From: a virus
Taxonomy: Duplodnaviria; Caudoviricetes
DNA length: 32,029 nucleotides
Direction: 5' to 3' (one strand)
IMG/VR virus record: IMGVR_UViG_3300016669_000029
Span: 1 to 32,029 of that record
Shown: positions 1 to 9,736 of the stretch, piece after piece
Layout: each line of letters opens with the position of its first letter
How positions within the stretch are numbered: position 1 is the first letter of the stretch
Notes under the pieces: model-generated
The model's database searches: none
Told to the model about the DNA's origin: nothing
Seen by the model: only the letters and a program-made list of their open reading frames with translations
Program-made: the position numbers and the translations under genes

Positions 1-1491
1 GTGTTTTTCAATAACTACCCGGCCCTGTCCGGCGCCGTGCATTATCTGGAGAGCCGCAACGGCACCGCTCCGGGGATCTACGGCGACGGCGGCCTGGCGG
101 CCGGCCCGATGCAGGTCCATCAGGCCGCGCTGACGGACGTCAACCGCGCCTATGGATGGAACTACTCCCACCAGCAGCTGGCGGACGACCCGGCGGTCGG
201 CAAGAAGGTGGGCGACGCCTACCTCGCGCTGATGCGCCAGAAGTACGGGCGCGATGACTACGCGCTCGGGGCCTACAACGCCGGCCCCGGCGCCATGGAC
301 CAGGCCATTTCCTCGGGGCAGGGCCTCGCGGCGCTGCCCGCCAGCGCCCAGCGATACGTCCGGGAGGGGCTCGACCGGCTGGGCGCCGCGCCTCCCGCTG
401 GCGCCCTCGCGACCGCCCCCACGAACACCTCCAGCAGCCCGATGCCCAGCCCCTTCAGCTCCCAGTACCCCAATGCGGCGGACCTCCTGCAGGTCCCCGC
501 CGAAACCCCCTACGTCCGCGACCAGTCGACGCCCTGGCTGGCGCTCGGCGCCGGGCTCCTGAGCAGCGCCGACCCGCGCGAGGCCATGTCGGCCGGCGCG
601 GCGGGTCTCGCCAAGGCCCAGGGGCAGGCCAACAAGGACGAGCAGGCCGCGCGCCAGGCCGCCCAGGACCGGGCCATCCGGCTCGCCCAGGCCAAGGCGA
701 CGCTCGGGTCCGCCGACATCGCGCGGCGCATCCAGATGGACCAGTTCGGCCAGACCCTCGCGGCGAATCAGCAGAACCGCGCCGACACGCTCACGCTGCA
801 CCGCGACCAGATGGCCATGCAGGAGCAGCTGCGCCGGGACCAGCTGGATGCCAACCAGCAGCGTTGGGATGCCGACCGCGCGGCCCGCGCCGACCTCATC
901 CAGCAGCGCGCCGAGGCCGCCGCCCAGGCGGGCCGGGACAAGCAGGACGCGGCGGACGCCGCCGCCCGTGACCGCCGGATGTTGAGCGTGACCAAGGACG
1001 AGCTGCCGATGATCGAGCGGCTGACCTCCTCGCGCGACACGGTGCAGCGCGGCCAGGTCATCCTGAACCAGCTCGACAACGGGGAGCTGGAGCTGGGACC
1101 CGTCTCGAACACGGTCGGCCGTGCCCGGAACCTCGTCGGGATGTCCTCTCCGAACAGCCAGAACCTGGCCGAGCTGGAACGCTACGTGACCACCACGGTC
1201 AACAGCATCCTGAACCAGGCCAAGGGGCCGCAGACCGATCAGGACGCCATCCGCGCCCGCGACAACATCCTGGCGAACATCACCGACAAGGAGGTGGTGA
1301 AGCAGGGTCTCGGGAAGCTGATGGAGATCCAGCGGAACCTCCACAACGACACGACCAGCCAGATCCAGGGACGTCGGAAGGCGCTGGGCCTGGAGCCGGC
1401 GGACCTCACTTCCTACCAGCTGACCATCCCGGAGGCCGCGCCCGCCGCGACCGGGGATGACGGCATCAAGAACATCCGCCGCATCAAGTAA
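1..1491 (+). CDS. Internal virion/ejection protein with N-terminal lytic transglycosylase (SLT-like) domain
   Basis: SLT motifs LES (catalytic Glu), GPMQV and AYNAGPG lie in the first ~120 aa, followed by a Q/A-rich helical region. The start is at the window edge, so it is uncertain. Confidence 0.75.
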   Translation: MFFNNYPALSGAVHYLESRNGTAPGIYGDGGLAAGPMQVHQAALTDVNRAYGWNYSHQQLADDPAVGKKVGDAYLALMRQKYGRDDYALGAYNAGPGAMDQAISSGQGLAALPASAQRYVREGLDRLGAAPPAGALATAPTNTSSSPMPSPFSSQYPNAADLLQVPAETPYVRDQSTPWLALGAGLLSSADPREAMSAGAAGLAKAQGQANKDEQAARQAAQDRAIRLAQAKATLGSADIARRIQMDQFGQTLAANQQNRADTLTLHRDQMAMQEQLRRDQLDANQQRWDADRAARADLIQQRAEAAAQAGRDKQDAADAAARDRRMLSVTKDELPMIERLTSSRDTVQRGQVILNQLDNGELELGPVSNTVGRARNLVGMSSPNSQNLAELERYVTTTVNSILNQAKGPQTDQDAIRARDNILANITDKEVVKQGLGKLMEIQRNLHNDTTSQIQGRRKALGLEPADLTSYQLTIPEAAPAATGDDGIKNIRRIK

Positions 1492-1503
1492 CAGGAACAC
1501 CCG

Positions 1504-4500
1504 ATGGCGACCGTCGCCTTCGACTACAAGGGCGCCTCCTACGAGGTCGACGTCGAGGACAGCTTCTTCGAGAAGTCCCCGGAGCAGCAGCAGGCTGCCA
1601 TCCTCGGGCGGATCGGCGGGGGCTCGAAGCCCTCCGCGCCGGCAGCCCCCGACACCTCCCTGCGCTCGGCCATCGAGTACGGCCGGGCGAATGTCGAGGC
1701 GGGCGGGCAGGCGACCAACCGGGTCCTCGGCCTCGGGAGCCCCGATGCCAAGCCCGCCGAAGGCCCCGCGAACTACGACCCGGCCAGCCCGAAGGTCATC
1801 GAAGGGGTCCGGGAAGGCGACGTCGGCAAGGCCCTCGGATACCTGCCCCGCGCCGCCGTGGAGAACGCCCCGGACCTCGCGGGTGGCATGGCGGCCGGTG
1901 CTGTCGGCGCGGGCATCGGCGGCGTCTTCGGCTCGGTCGTTCCGGGCGCGGGCACGGCGGCGGGCATGTGGCTCGGCGGCCTGGCCGGCTCGGGCCTCTA
2001 CAGCCTGTACCGGTCCTTCGGCCAGAACGTCGAAGGCCGCGCCGCGAACAACGGCCGCGTCGACGAGAAGGGCCGCGCGCAACCGACCACGGGCGACTAT
2101 CTGGTCGGCGGCGGGACGTCCCTGGCCACCTCCGCGCTCGACGCCGTGGGTGCCCGAGGCCTCGGCCGCGCCGCCGGCAAGGCGATGAGCGCCACCGGCC
2201 GGCTGGGCGACGTCCCGCTGTCCGCCCTGGGCCGCGCCCGGCAGGCCGGAACCGCGGTCGCCCGCGAGGGCGGCACCGAGACGGCGCAGAGCCTGGTCGA
2301 GCAGACCGGCCAGACGCTCGGGACCGAGAAGGGCCTCTCCGTGGACCCCGCCCAGGCGCTGGGCGAGGGGCTGATCGGCATGGGCACCGGGGCTGGCGTC
2401 AAGGCAGCCCACGGGGCGGTCGACGCGGCCGGCGCGACGGTGGGAGCCGCGAAGGACGGCGCCGTGGCGCTCGCCCGCCGGCCGCTGGAAAAGGCCGCCG
2501 CCGAGGCGCTGAATGCCGGCGACGTGGAGCAGGCCAAGTCCATCGTCCGGGTCACCGACGCGGCGCAACGCTGGGCCGAGAACACGACCGGCCGCGAGGC
2601 CACGCTCGACGAGCACATGAACGGGATGCGGGAGGAGATCACCAAGTCCCTCCAGAACACCCTGCACCTGGCCGAGCGCGAGCAGGGCTGGGTCACCGAG
2701 GAGCAGGCCCGCAAGCTGCGCGGCGTGCTGGAGACCGCCGCCCGGCACAACAAGTCGCTGGCCGTGGGCGAGACCCCGGCCGACCTCGACACCGACCCGC
2801 ACAGCCGCCCGGCCTACGGGCTCCAGCTCGTGCAGGAGATGAACGCCCCGGACAGCGTCAAGCAGCAGCTGTCGGATGGCCTGCGCGACCTCGACAACCT
2901 GGCCTTCGGCGCCCGCAAGAAGAACCTGCGCGGGCCGCTGGAGAGCCTCTTCGGGAACCTCGGCGGGGCCGCCGCCATCGGCGCTGCCGGCTACTTCGGT
3001 GGTCCGGCCGCCGCCATCGGCACGGGGCTGGCCCTCGGGGCCGGCGCGCAGCCGGTCGCGCGGAAGCTGGGGGAGAAGATCGGCCAGCGCATCGACCGCG
3101 CCGCCGGGATCTCCGAGCCCACCCTCCAGCTCGCCCGCCGGCAGGCCCTCAAGACCCTGGGCGACCAGTCTCCGGGCGAGGACACGCTGGCCTCCCTGGC
3201 GCGGCTGCAGGAGCAGCTCACGGACCCCTCCCTGGAGGTCCCGAAGACCGCCGACCAGATCCGCGAGAGCCAGCACTTCCTGAACCTCGCCAAGCGGCGC
3301 TGGGACAGCAACCTGCCCATCGACGAGACGCTGCCGGCCCGGCTGACCCCGGAGCACCGCCAGGCGCTGTTCGACTGGCTGACCGAGAAGCAGGACAAGG
3401 TGCTGGCCTCGGTGGGCGAGGGCAATGCGGCCGACCTGGCGAAGAACCGCCGGGACATGGAGTCCGCCGAGGCGCGGAAGCAGCGCGAGCTGGACCAGAT
3501 GGCCGCCCAGGCCCAGGGTCCTGGCCGCCGCGTGCTCTCCCCCGAGGAGGCCTTCGAGGCCGCCGAGAGGCAGCGCGCTCAGGAGGCCTCGCCGCTCCGC
3601 ATCGGCCGCGACCTCAAGCGCGCCCAGCAGGCGATGGCAGAGGCCCGCGCCGCCGAGGAGCCCGGAGTCCGCCCCGAGATCCTGGCCAGCGAGCTGCGCG
3701 GCTGGGACGCCCAGCGGCCGACCGTGCTGAAGTCCCTGGACGGGGGCGAGCCGGACGTCACCCCCGAGGCGGCCCCGAAGCCGGACCCCCAGCTCGACCA
3801 GCAGTCCATGGCGGAAGCCGCCGAGCTGCTCCGTGTGATGCAGAACGGCCCCGAGCAGGCGGTCGTCGATCAGGTCCGGCGCCGCCGGATGATGCGGGAT
3901 GCGCTCAACGAGGCGGTCAACGGAACTCCGCCCGCTTCTCCGCGAGCGCCCCGCAAGCCCCGCGCCCAGGCAGCGCAGCAGCCGGCTCTGGCGCCCCCAG
4001 CAGCCGCTCCCGAGGTGGCCCCGCAGCCGGTCGACCCGGCGTCCCGGCCGGCCGCCCCGGCGGCAGCTCCCGCAGGCCCCGGCTGGGCCGGCGAGAACCC
4101 GCCCGGCTGGATCAACGCGGGCGTCGTGAAGTTCTCCCGCGAGAACTATGGCCGGCGCCTGACCGTCGACGACGTGGAGCGCACGGTGGATGCCATGGAG
4201 GAGGAGGGGGCGCTGTCCCCGTCCGAGGCCGCCCGCATCCGGGACCCGAATGGCCAGCCGACCAGCGACGAGCTGAAGAGCATCACCGCCCGCGCCTTCC
4301 GGCTGAAGGGCTGGTCGATGCGCGACGGCTACGCCGGGGAGGAGGCCGCCGGCAGCGCCGGGTCCGGCCCGACGAGCGTCCGCGACATGCCCCAGTGGCA
4401 GAGCGCGCGGGAGAGCTATCAGGAGGCCGCGAAGGACGCCTGGCAGTTCGCCATGCAGGCCGGGGACCACGAGGCCGCCGCCCTGGCGCAGCGGTTCCGG

Positions 4501-4629
4501 GTCCAGACCAGCACCGAGCTGGACGGCCCCGCCCGCGTCGCCCTGGTCGAGGCGCTGCTCGCCAAGGACCCCACCCGCGCCGACCTGCGCCGAGCCCTGC
4601 TCGAAGGCCTGGTCGCCAAGTACCGCTGA
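1504..4629 (+). CDS. Large internal virion (DNA ejection) protein
   Basis: 1041 aa, Ala/Gly-rich with glycine-zipper-like segments. It has an AGGA SD and sits next to the transglycosylase ejection protein. Function is inferred from composition and position. Confidence 0.6.
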   Translation: MATVAFDYKGASYEVDVEDSFFEKSPEQQQAAILGRIGGGSKPSAPAAPDTSLRSAIEYGRANVEAGGQATNRVLGLGSPDAKPAEGPANYDPASPKVIEGVREGDVGKALGYLPRAAVENAPDLAGGMAAGAVGAGIGGVFGSVVPGAGTAAGMWLGGLAGSGLYSLYRSFGQNVEGRAANNGRVDEKGRAQPTTGDYLVGGGTSLATSALDAVGARGLGRAAGKAMSATGRLGDVPLSALGRARQAGTAVAREGGTETAQSLVEQTGQTLGTEKGLSVDPAQALGEGLIGMGTGAGVKAAHGAVDAAGATVGAAKDGAVALARRPLEKAAAEALNAGDVEQAKSIVRVTDAAQRWAENTTGREATLDEHMNGMREEITKSLQNTLHLAEREQGWVTEEQARKLRGVLETAARHNKSLAVGETPADLDTDPHSRPAYGLQLVQEMNAPDSVKQQLSDGLRDLDNLAFGARKKNLRGPLESLFGNLGGAAAIGAAGYFGGPAAAIGTGLALGAGAQPVARKLGEKIGQRIDRAAGISEPTLQLARRQALKTLGDQSPGEDTLASLARLQEQLTDPSLEVPKTADQIRESQHFLNLAKRRWDSNLPIDETLPARLTPEHRQALFDWLTEKQDKVLASVGEGNAADLAKNRRDMESAEARKQRELDQMAAQAQGPGRRVLSPEEAFEAAERQRAQEASPLRIGRDLKRAQQAMAEARAAEEPGVRPEILASELRGWDAQRPTVLKSLDGGEPDVTPEAAPKPDPQLDQQSMAEAAELLRVMQNGPEQAVVDQVRRRRMMRDALNEAVNGTPPASPRAPRKPRAQAAQQPALAPPAAAPEVAPQPVDPASRPAAPAAAPAGPGWAGENPPGWINAGVVKFSRENYGRRLTVDDVERTVDAMEEEGALSPSEAARIRDPNGQPTSDELKSITARAFRLKGWSMRDGYAGEEAAGSAGSGPTSVRDMPQWQSARESYQEAAKDAWQFAMQAGDHEAAALAQRFRVQTSTELDGPARVALVEALLAKDPTRADLRRALLEGLVAKYR

Positions 4630-4634
4630 GACCC

Positions 4635-4895
4635 ATGCGATCCACCGAAGACTTCCGCACCATGCTCGACCTCTACGAGCTGCTGCGGGGTCACCCGAAC
4701 ATGCCTGCCAGCCTCCGAAACGAGTCCTGGCAGGCCGCCGTGGCCGACTTCCACGGCCGAACCCAGACCCAGGTCTACCGCGAGGTGATCCTGGGCCTCC
4801 CGACATTCCCCGCCGCGATCAAGGAGGCGAACCGTGGCACGACGCCCCGAGACCAGGCACCCAAGCCATCTGCCGCCGCCCGAAAAGCCGGCTGA
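4635..4895 (+). CDS. Hypothetical protein (86 aa, MRSTEDFRTMLDLYELL...)
   Basis: ATG 5 nt after the previous stop, with phage-like codon usage. It is the 3' end of the long track ORF 1968..4895 and overlaps the next gene. Confidence 0.6.
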   Translation: MRSTEDFRTMLDLYELLRGHPNMPASLRNESWQAAVADFHGRTQTQVYREVILGLPTFPAAIKEANRGTTPRDQAPKPSAAARKAG

Positions 4896-5385
4896 CCAGA
4901 AGCGCCACCGCCGCCACCGGCCGAACTTCGACAAGAAGGCTCCCAAGGTCTGGGACCCGGAGAAGGCCCGGCGGTGCTCCCTCTACCCGCAGTCGCCCGA
5001 ACTCTATGACGCCTGGCGCCAGATGCTGAGCGAGCGGATGCGCCGCCAGCAGACGACCGGGCAGATGCACCGCGCGGGCATCCGCGACGGCTGGGGCGGC
5101 AAGGCCAAACTCGCCCGCCGGCTCCGCAAGGAGGCCGAGGAACGGGCCGAAGTGATTGTTCAGAAGATGAAGGACAACGACGTCGTCTCCCTCGACGACG
5201 AGCGCGCCGAGACCGCGCTGAAGTTCGCCGTGACCGTGATCGAGGACGGCACGACCGACCAGAAGGACCGCCTGGCTGCGGCCAGGATGGTGCTCGACTT
5301 CACCAAGCAGAAGCCGATCAGCAAGGCCCAGCTCAACGTGACCAAGCCCGAGGACTTCCTCGCGATGCTGGTGCCGAAGGACTAA
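4834..5385 (+). CDS. Putative terminase small subunit
   Basis: GTG start with strong SD (AAGGAGG), directly upstream of the large terminase. C-terminal RLAAARMVLDFTKQKP helical segment. Confidence 0.65.
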   Translation: MARRPETRHPSHLPPPEKPADQKRHRRHRPNFDKKAPKVWDPEKARRCSLYPQSPELYDAWRQMLSERMRRQQTTGQMHRAGIRDGWGGKAKLARRLRKEAEERAEVIVQKMKDNDVVSLDDERAETALKFAVTVIEDGTTDQKDRLAAARMVLDFTKQKPISKAQLNVTKPEDFLAMLVPKD

Positions 5386-5391
5386 CCACCC

Positions 5392-6987
5392 ATGACCCCA
5401 GAGATGCTGGCGGTGCGCCAGCGTCTTCGGGACGACTTCGCGTTCTACGCCGCGAACTGCCTCAAGATCCGCAACAAGCAGGGCGAGATCGTCCCGCTCG
5501 TGCTGAACGCGGCCCAGCGGTACTTCCTGGAGAAGATCGAGCAGCAGCTGGCCGAGACCGGCCGGGTCCGCGCCGTCATCCTCAAGGGGCGGCAGCAGGG
5601 TCTCAGCACCGTCATCGGCGCCCGGCTGATGTTCCGGACCTCGCAGAGCAAGGGCAAGAAGGCCCTGGTGATCGCCCACAAGGCGGACAGCACGCGGGCG
5701 CTCTTCGACATGACCCGGCGCTACTACGACCAGCTGCCGGCCATCATGAAGCCGACCACCTCGTATTCCTCGCGCTCGGAGCTGGTCTTCAGCGGGCTGG
5801 AGTCGAGCTACACGGTGGCCACGGCCGGCGGCAAGGGCATCGCGCGCGGCGAGACGCTCCAGTTCCTGCACTCCTCCGAGGTGGCCTTCTGGGAGCCCGG
5901 ATCGGCCGCCGAGAACCTGAACGGCCTGCAGAAGTGCGTCCCGAACGCCGAGGGCACCGAGGAATACCACGAGTCCACCGCCAACGGCGTGACCGGGGTC
6001 TTCGCGGAGCTGTGGCGCGGCGCCGTGGCCGGCACCAACGGCTTCATGCCGATCTTCATCCCCTGGTTCTGGCAGGACGAGTACCGGCTGCCGGTGCCCG
6101 AGGGCTTCGAGCGGACGGACGACGAGGCCGAGCTGGCCGGGAAGGTCGAGGCGCTCTACGGCTTCGCGCTGGACGACGGGCAACTGGCCTGGCGCCGGAT
6201 CGAGGTCGGCAAGAACGGCCTGGAGCTGTTCCGCCAGGAATACCCGAGCTGGCCCGACGAGGCCTTCCTGACGACCGGCCGCCCGGTCTTCAATCAGGAC
6301 CAGCTGGCCGACCTGCTGCGCTCCTGCCCGGACCCGCTCAGGCGGATGACCCTGGTGCCTGGCGCGGCTTCCTTCGAGGAGGACGGCAAGGGCGAGCTGC
6401 GGGTCTACGAAGAGCCGTCCGTGACGGGCACCTACTACATCGGGGCGGACGTCGCGATGGGCGTGCGGGGAGGGGACTTCTCGGTCGCCCAGGTGCTCGA
6501 CGCCGAGAAGCGGCAGGTCGCCACCTGGCATGGCCATGTCCACCCCGACTACTTCGCCACGATCCTCGACACGCTGGGCCGCTGGTACTGCGACGCGAAG
6601 ATCGCGGTCGAGAGCAACAACCACGGCCTGCTGACGGTCGTGCGGCTCTCCAAGGATCTGCTCTACCCGAACGTCTACACCGAGATCGGCAAGGACAAGA
6701 TCAGCGACAAGGAGACCGTCAAGCTCGGCTTCTCCACGAACGCCAAGTCCAAGCCGATGGTGATCGACGAGCTGCGCGCGACGATGCGCGAGCGGGAGAT
6801 CACCGTGCGGGACCGCCGGACCCTGGAGGAGATGCGCTCCTTCGTGGTCACCGAGGAAGGCAAGCTCGAAGCCGAGCAGGGCTGCCACGACGACACGGTC
6901 ATGGCGCTGGCCATCGCGAACCACATCCACGAGGGGCACTGGGTCCCCGTGGTCACTGACGACGACGACTACATCTCAGGCATCTGA
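5392..6987 (+). CDS. terL: Terminase large subunit
   Basis: Walker A-like LKGRQQGLST, Walker B-like FLHSSEVAFW, ESTANG coupling motif, nuclease motifs YIGADVA and HDDTVMALAIA. Confidence 0.95.
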   Translation: MTPEMLAVRQRLRDDFAFYAANCLKIRNKQGEIVPLVLNAAQRYFLEKIEQQLAETGRVRAVILKGRQQGLSTVIGARLMFRTSQSKGKKALVIAHKADSTRALFDMTRRYYDQLPAIMKPTTSYSSRSELVFSGLESSYTVATAGGKGIARGETLQFLHSSEVAFWEPGSAAENLNGLQKCVPNAEGTEEYHESTANGVTGVFAELWRGAVAGTNGFMPIFIPWFWQDEYRLPVPEGFERTDDEAELAGKVEALYGFALDDGQLAWRRIEVGKNGLELFRQEYPSWPDEAFLTTGRPVFNQDQLADLLRSCPDPLRRMTLVPGAASFEEDGKGELRVYEEPSVTGTYYIGADVAMGVRGGDFSVAQVLDAEKRQVATWHGHVHPDYFATILDTLGRWYCDAKIAVESNNHGLLTVVRLSKDLLYPNVYTEIGKDKISDKETVKLGFSTNAKSKPMVIDELRATMREREITVRDRRTLEEMRSFVVTEEGKLEAEQGCHDDTVMALAIANHIHEGHWVPVVTDDDDYISGI

Positions 6988-6989
6988 CT

Positions 6990-9008
6990 ATGAAGAAAGA
7001 CGACGCGAGCCTCGCGGCGCTGGTCGAGGGCGCGTCGAAGCGGGCCAGCGGCGGGTGGGACACCATGCTCACCAAGGAGCGCGAGGAGGTCTCGCAGTAC
7101 CGCGACGGGCTGCTCCCCAAGCCGATCCACCGGGGCGACAGCAAGTACGTCTCGACCGACGTCTATGACGGCGTCGAGAGCATGAAGGCCCAGCTGCTGG
7201 AGACCTTCTCGGGCAACCGCCAGCCGGTGCAGTTCGCCCCGCAGGGGGCCGAGGACGCCCAGCACGCCACCGATGCCACCGAGTACGTCAACTATGCCGT
7301 GATGCGGCAGAACGACGGCTTCCGGCTCATGCAGGATGCCATCGACGACGGCCTGATGAACCGGGTCGCGGTCGCCAAGTGCTGGTGGGACGAACGCAGC
7401 GACGAAGTCGAGCAGACGGTCGAGGGTCTCTCCTTCGACGGGTTCTACGCCCTGGTCGCCAGCAAGCCCGAGGCCGAGATCCGCGACACGGAGATCGACC
7501 CGGAGGGCAGGGTGGTCACCAAGGCCACGCTGGTCGAGACCCGCGATGCCAGCCAGGTGCGGATCGAGCTGATCCCGCCCGAGGAGTTCGGCATCAGCCG
7601 CCTGGCGAAGAGCGCCGGGGACGCCGAGATCGTCTTCCACCGGACCCGCTGCACCGCCGCCGACCTGTTGGCCATGGGGGTGGACCCGAAGAAGCTCGAC
7701 GATCTGAAGGACGAGAACGGCAACTGGGAGCTGCAGAGCGGCGACATCCAGATCCGGCATGCCGAGACGGATGACGGCATCGGGGACGACAGTTGGGACC
7801 GCGACGACAAGGACAAGACCCGCCGGATCGAGGTCACCGAGGCCTATATGCGGTTGGACCTCGACGGGTCCGTCAAGCTGTGGCGCCTGCTGGTCGCCGG
7901 GGGCAAGCTCCTGAAGAAGGACGCCGTCCGCCGGCTGCCCTTCGTCTTCTTCGTCCCGCTGCCGAAGCCGCACGCCTTCTGGGGCGCCAACTTCGCCAAG
8001 AAGCTGGTCCCGATCCAGAACGCCCGGACGCTGCTGACGCGGTCGATCATCAACCACGCCCTGATCACGAACAACCCGCGCACGGGCGTGGTGAAGGGCG
8101 GGCTGATCAACCCGAAGGAGCTGACGGAGAACCGGCTCGGCGGCCTGGTCAACCTGACGCGGCCCGACGCCCTGGTGCCCATCGTCCAGACCGGCCTGAA
8201 CCCGTTCGTCTTCCAGACCATCGAGCAGGTGAACTCCGACAAGGAGCAGGTGACCGGGGTCTCGCGCCTCAGCCAGGGCCTGAACAAGGACGCCATCTCG
8301 AAGCAGAACAGCGCCGAGATGGTCCAGAACCTGGCCGGCATGTCCCAGACCCGGCAGAAGGTCACGGCCCGCAATTTCGCGGAGTTCCTCAAGGCGCTCT
8401 ACCTCGAAGTCTATCGCCTGGTCGTCGAGAACGAACGGGCCGAGCGGATCATCGAGGTGGCCGGCAGCTGGAAGACCGTGGACCCCACGACCTGGCCCGA
8501 CCGCAAGGACGTCATCGCGGAGGTCAATGTCGGCTATGGCGAGGCGGACAAGGAGGCCCAGAAATGGACCGCCGTGGACACCTACATGCGCCAGGACGCG
8601 CAGCTGGCCCCCGTCTACACCTCCGACCGGCGCTACTTCGTTCTCACCCAGATCCTCAAGGCGATGGGCATCAAGAACGTGGACAGCGTGATGGCCGATC
8701 CGAAGACCATCCAGCCGCCCGAGCCGAGCCCGCAGGACCAGGCGCAGCTGGCCATCGCCCAGGCGGAAGCCGAGGTGAAGATGGCCCAGGCCCAGAGCGC
8801 CAAGGCGCAAGCCCAGAGCCAGCTCCAGAAGATCCAGCTGCAGGCTGAGGTCGAGCGGGCCGAGCTGCAGCTCAAGATGGCCGAGCTGGCCGAGAAGAAG
8901 CGCGAGTTCGACCTCAAGCTGGCCCTCGACCGCGAGAAGATGGCCTCCGAGGAACGCCTGGCCGACCGCGCCACGGACGTCCGCGCGATCAGCTCGCTGA
9001 ATAGCTAG
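6990..9008 (+). CDS. Portal protein
   Basis: 672 aa directly after terL. P22-like portal organisation with a long Q/A/E-rich C-terminal coiled coil (barrel). Confidence 0.88.
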   Translation: MKKDDASLAALVEGASKRASGGWDTMLTKEREEVSQYRDGLLPKPIHRGDSKYVSTDVYDGVESMKAQLLETFSGNRQPVQFAPQGAEDAQHATDATEYVNYAVMRQNDGFRLMQDAIDDGLMNRVAVAKCWWDERSDEVEQTVEGLSFDGFYALVASKPEAEIRDTEIDPEGRVVTKATLVETRDASQVRIELIPPEEFGISRLAKSAGDAEIVFHRTRCTAADLLAMGVDPKKLDDLKDENGNWELQSGDIQIRHAETDDGIGDDSWDRDDKDKTRRIEVTEAYMRLDLDGSVKLWRLLVAGGKLLKKDAVRRLPFVFFVPLPKPHAFWGANFAKKLVPIQNARTLLTRSIINHALITNNPRTGVVKGGLINPKELTENRLGGLVNLTRPDALVPIVQTGLNPFVFQTIEQVNSDKEQVTGVSRLSQGLNKDAISKQNSAEMVQNLAGMSQTRQKVTARNFAEFLKALYLEVYRLVVENERAERIIEVAGSWKTVDPTTWPDRKDVIAEVNVGYGEADKEAQKWTAVDTYMRQDAQLAPVYTSDRRYFVLTQILKAMGIKNVDSVMADPKTIQPPEPSPQDQAQLAIAQAEAEVKMAQAQSAKAQAQSQLQKIQLQAEVERAELQLKMAELAEKKREFDLKLALDREKMASEERLADRATDVRAISSLNS

Positions 9009-9451
9009 GGCTTCAAGGGCTTCCCAGCGTTTTGCGAAATGGCAACAGCATCGACGATCTGGTCGGTCATTTGGAGCAACCAGATGTTGAAGATCGCTCC
9101 GAAGACCCAGACCGCGAACGCCATTCTGCGTATCGCAGCTCTTGAGCTGAAAATTAGAGCGAAGATTGCCGTCAAAAAGAACTGCATTTGGATCAGAACC
9201 GCCAAAACAAAAAGTCCACGAAGAATCCAGTACATTGCCGCTAGCAACGATGAGTCCGTGAACTCCATCGAATACCGCAAAGCTGCAAGTATGATCGCCC
9301 AGCCCACAATCCGAAATATTGCATCTGCTATCTTGAATATTTCATGTTCTTTCGGCGGCTCTGCCGAGTAGGGAAGAAATGGATCGAGGCGTTCGCCCCA
9401 CGTCTTCTTGGGCTTCGTATCCCCCAAGTGCCCATTGCGCCGATCTTCCAT
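9005..9451 (-). CDS. Low-GC antisense membrane protein (moron-like)
   Basis: Visibly AT-richer segment with three or four hydrophobic stretches (IFRIVGWAIILAAL, ILRGLFVLAVLIQMQFFLTAIFALIF, MAFAVWVFGAIFNIWLL). ATG at 9451 is chosen to avoid overlap with the next gene; start uncertain. Confidence 0.6.
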   Translation of the reverse strand: MEDRRNGHLGDTKPKKTWGERLDPFLPYSAEPPKEHEIFKIADAIFRIVGWAIILAALRYSMEFTDSSLLAAMYWILRGLFVLAVLIQMQFFLTAIFALIFSSRAAIRRMAFAVWVFGAIFNIWLLQMTDQIVDAVAISQNAGKPLKP

Positions 9452-9463
9452 GAGAGACCCCGA

Positions 9464-9736
9464 CTGACCCCCGACCAACTGGAAGAAGCCCTCGAAGTGG
9501 GTCGCGGCTGCCGCGACCTTCTCGATGCCCCCTGCCTGCAGACCGTCCTCGACGGCCTCCAAGCCTACCACACCCAGGCCATCGTCATGACCCCCGAGGG
9601 TCCTGACGGGACGGCTGTCCGAGAACACCACCACCGGATGATCTACGCGCTCCACGAGCTGGTCGCGGACATCCGGTCCCGCGCGCTGAACGCCTCCGAG
9701 ATCGAGGCCCAGCTGACCGGCGAAGACGAAGACTGA
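9464..9736 (+). CDS. Hypothetical protein between portal and scaffold
   Basis: Phage-like codon usage resumes at about 9464 (LTPDQLEEALEVGRG...). The stop overlaps the scaffold start (TGATG). Start codon uncertain: possibly CTG at 9464, while the track ORF begins at 9344. Confidence 0.6.
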   Translation: MTPDQLEEALEVGRGCRDLLDAPCLQTVLDGLQAYHTQAIVMTPEGPDGTAVREHHHRMIYALHELVADIRSRALNASEIEAQLTGEDED

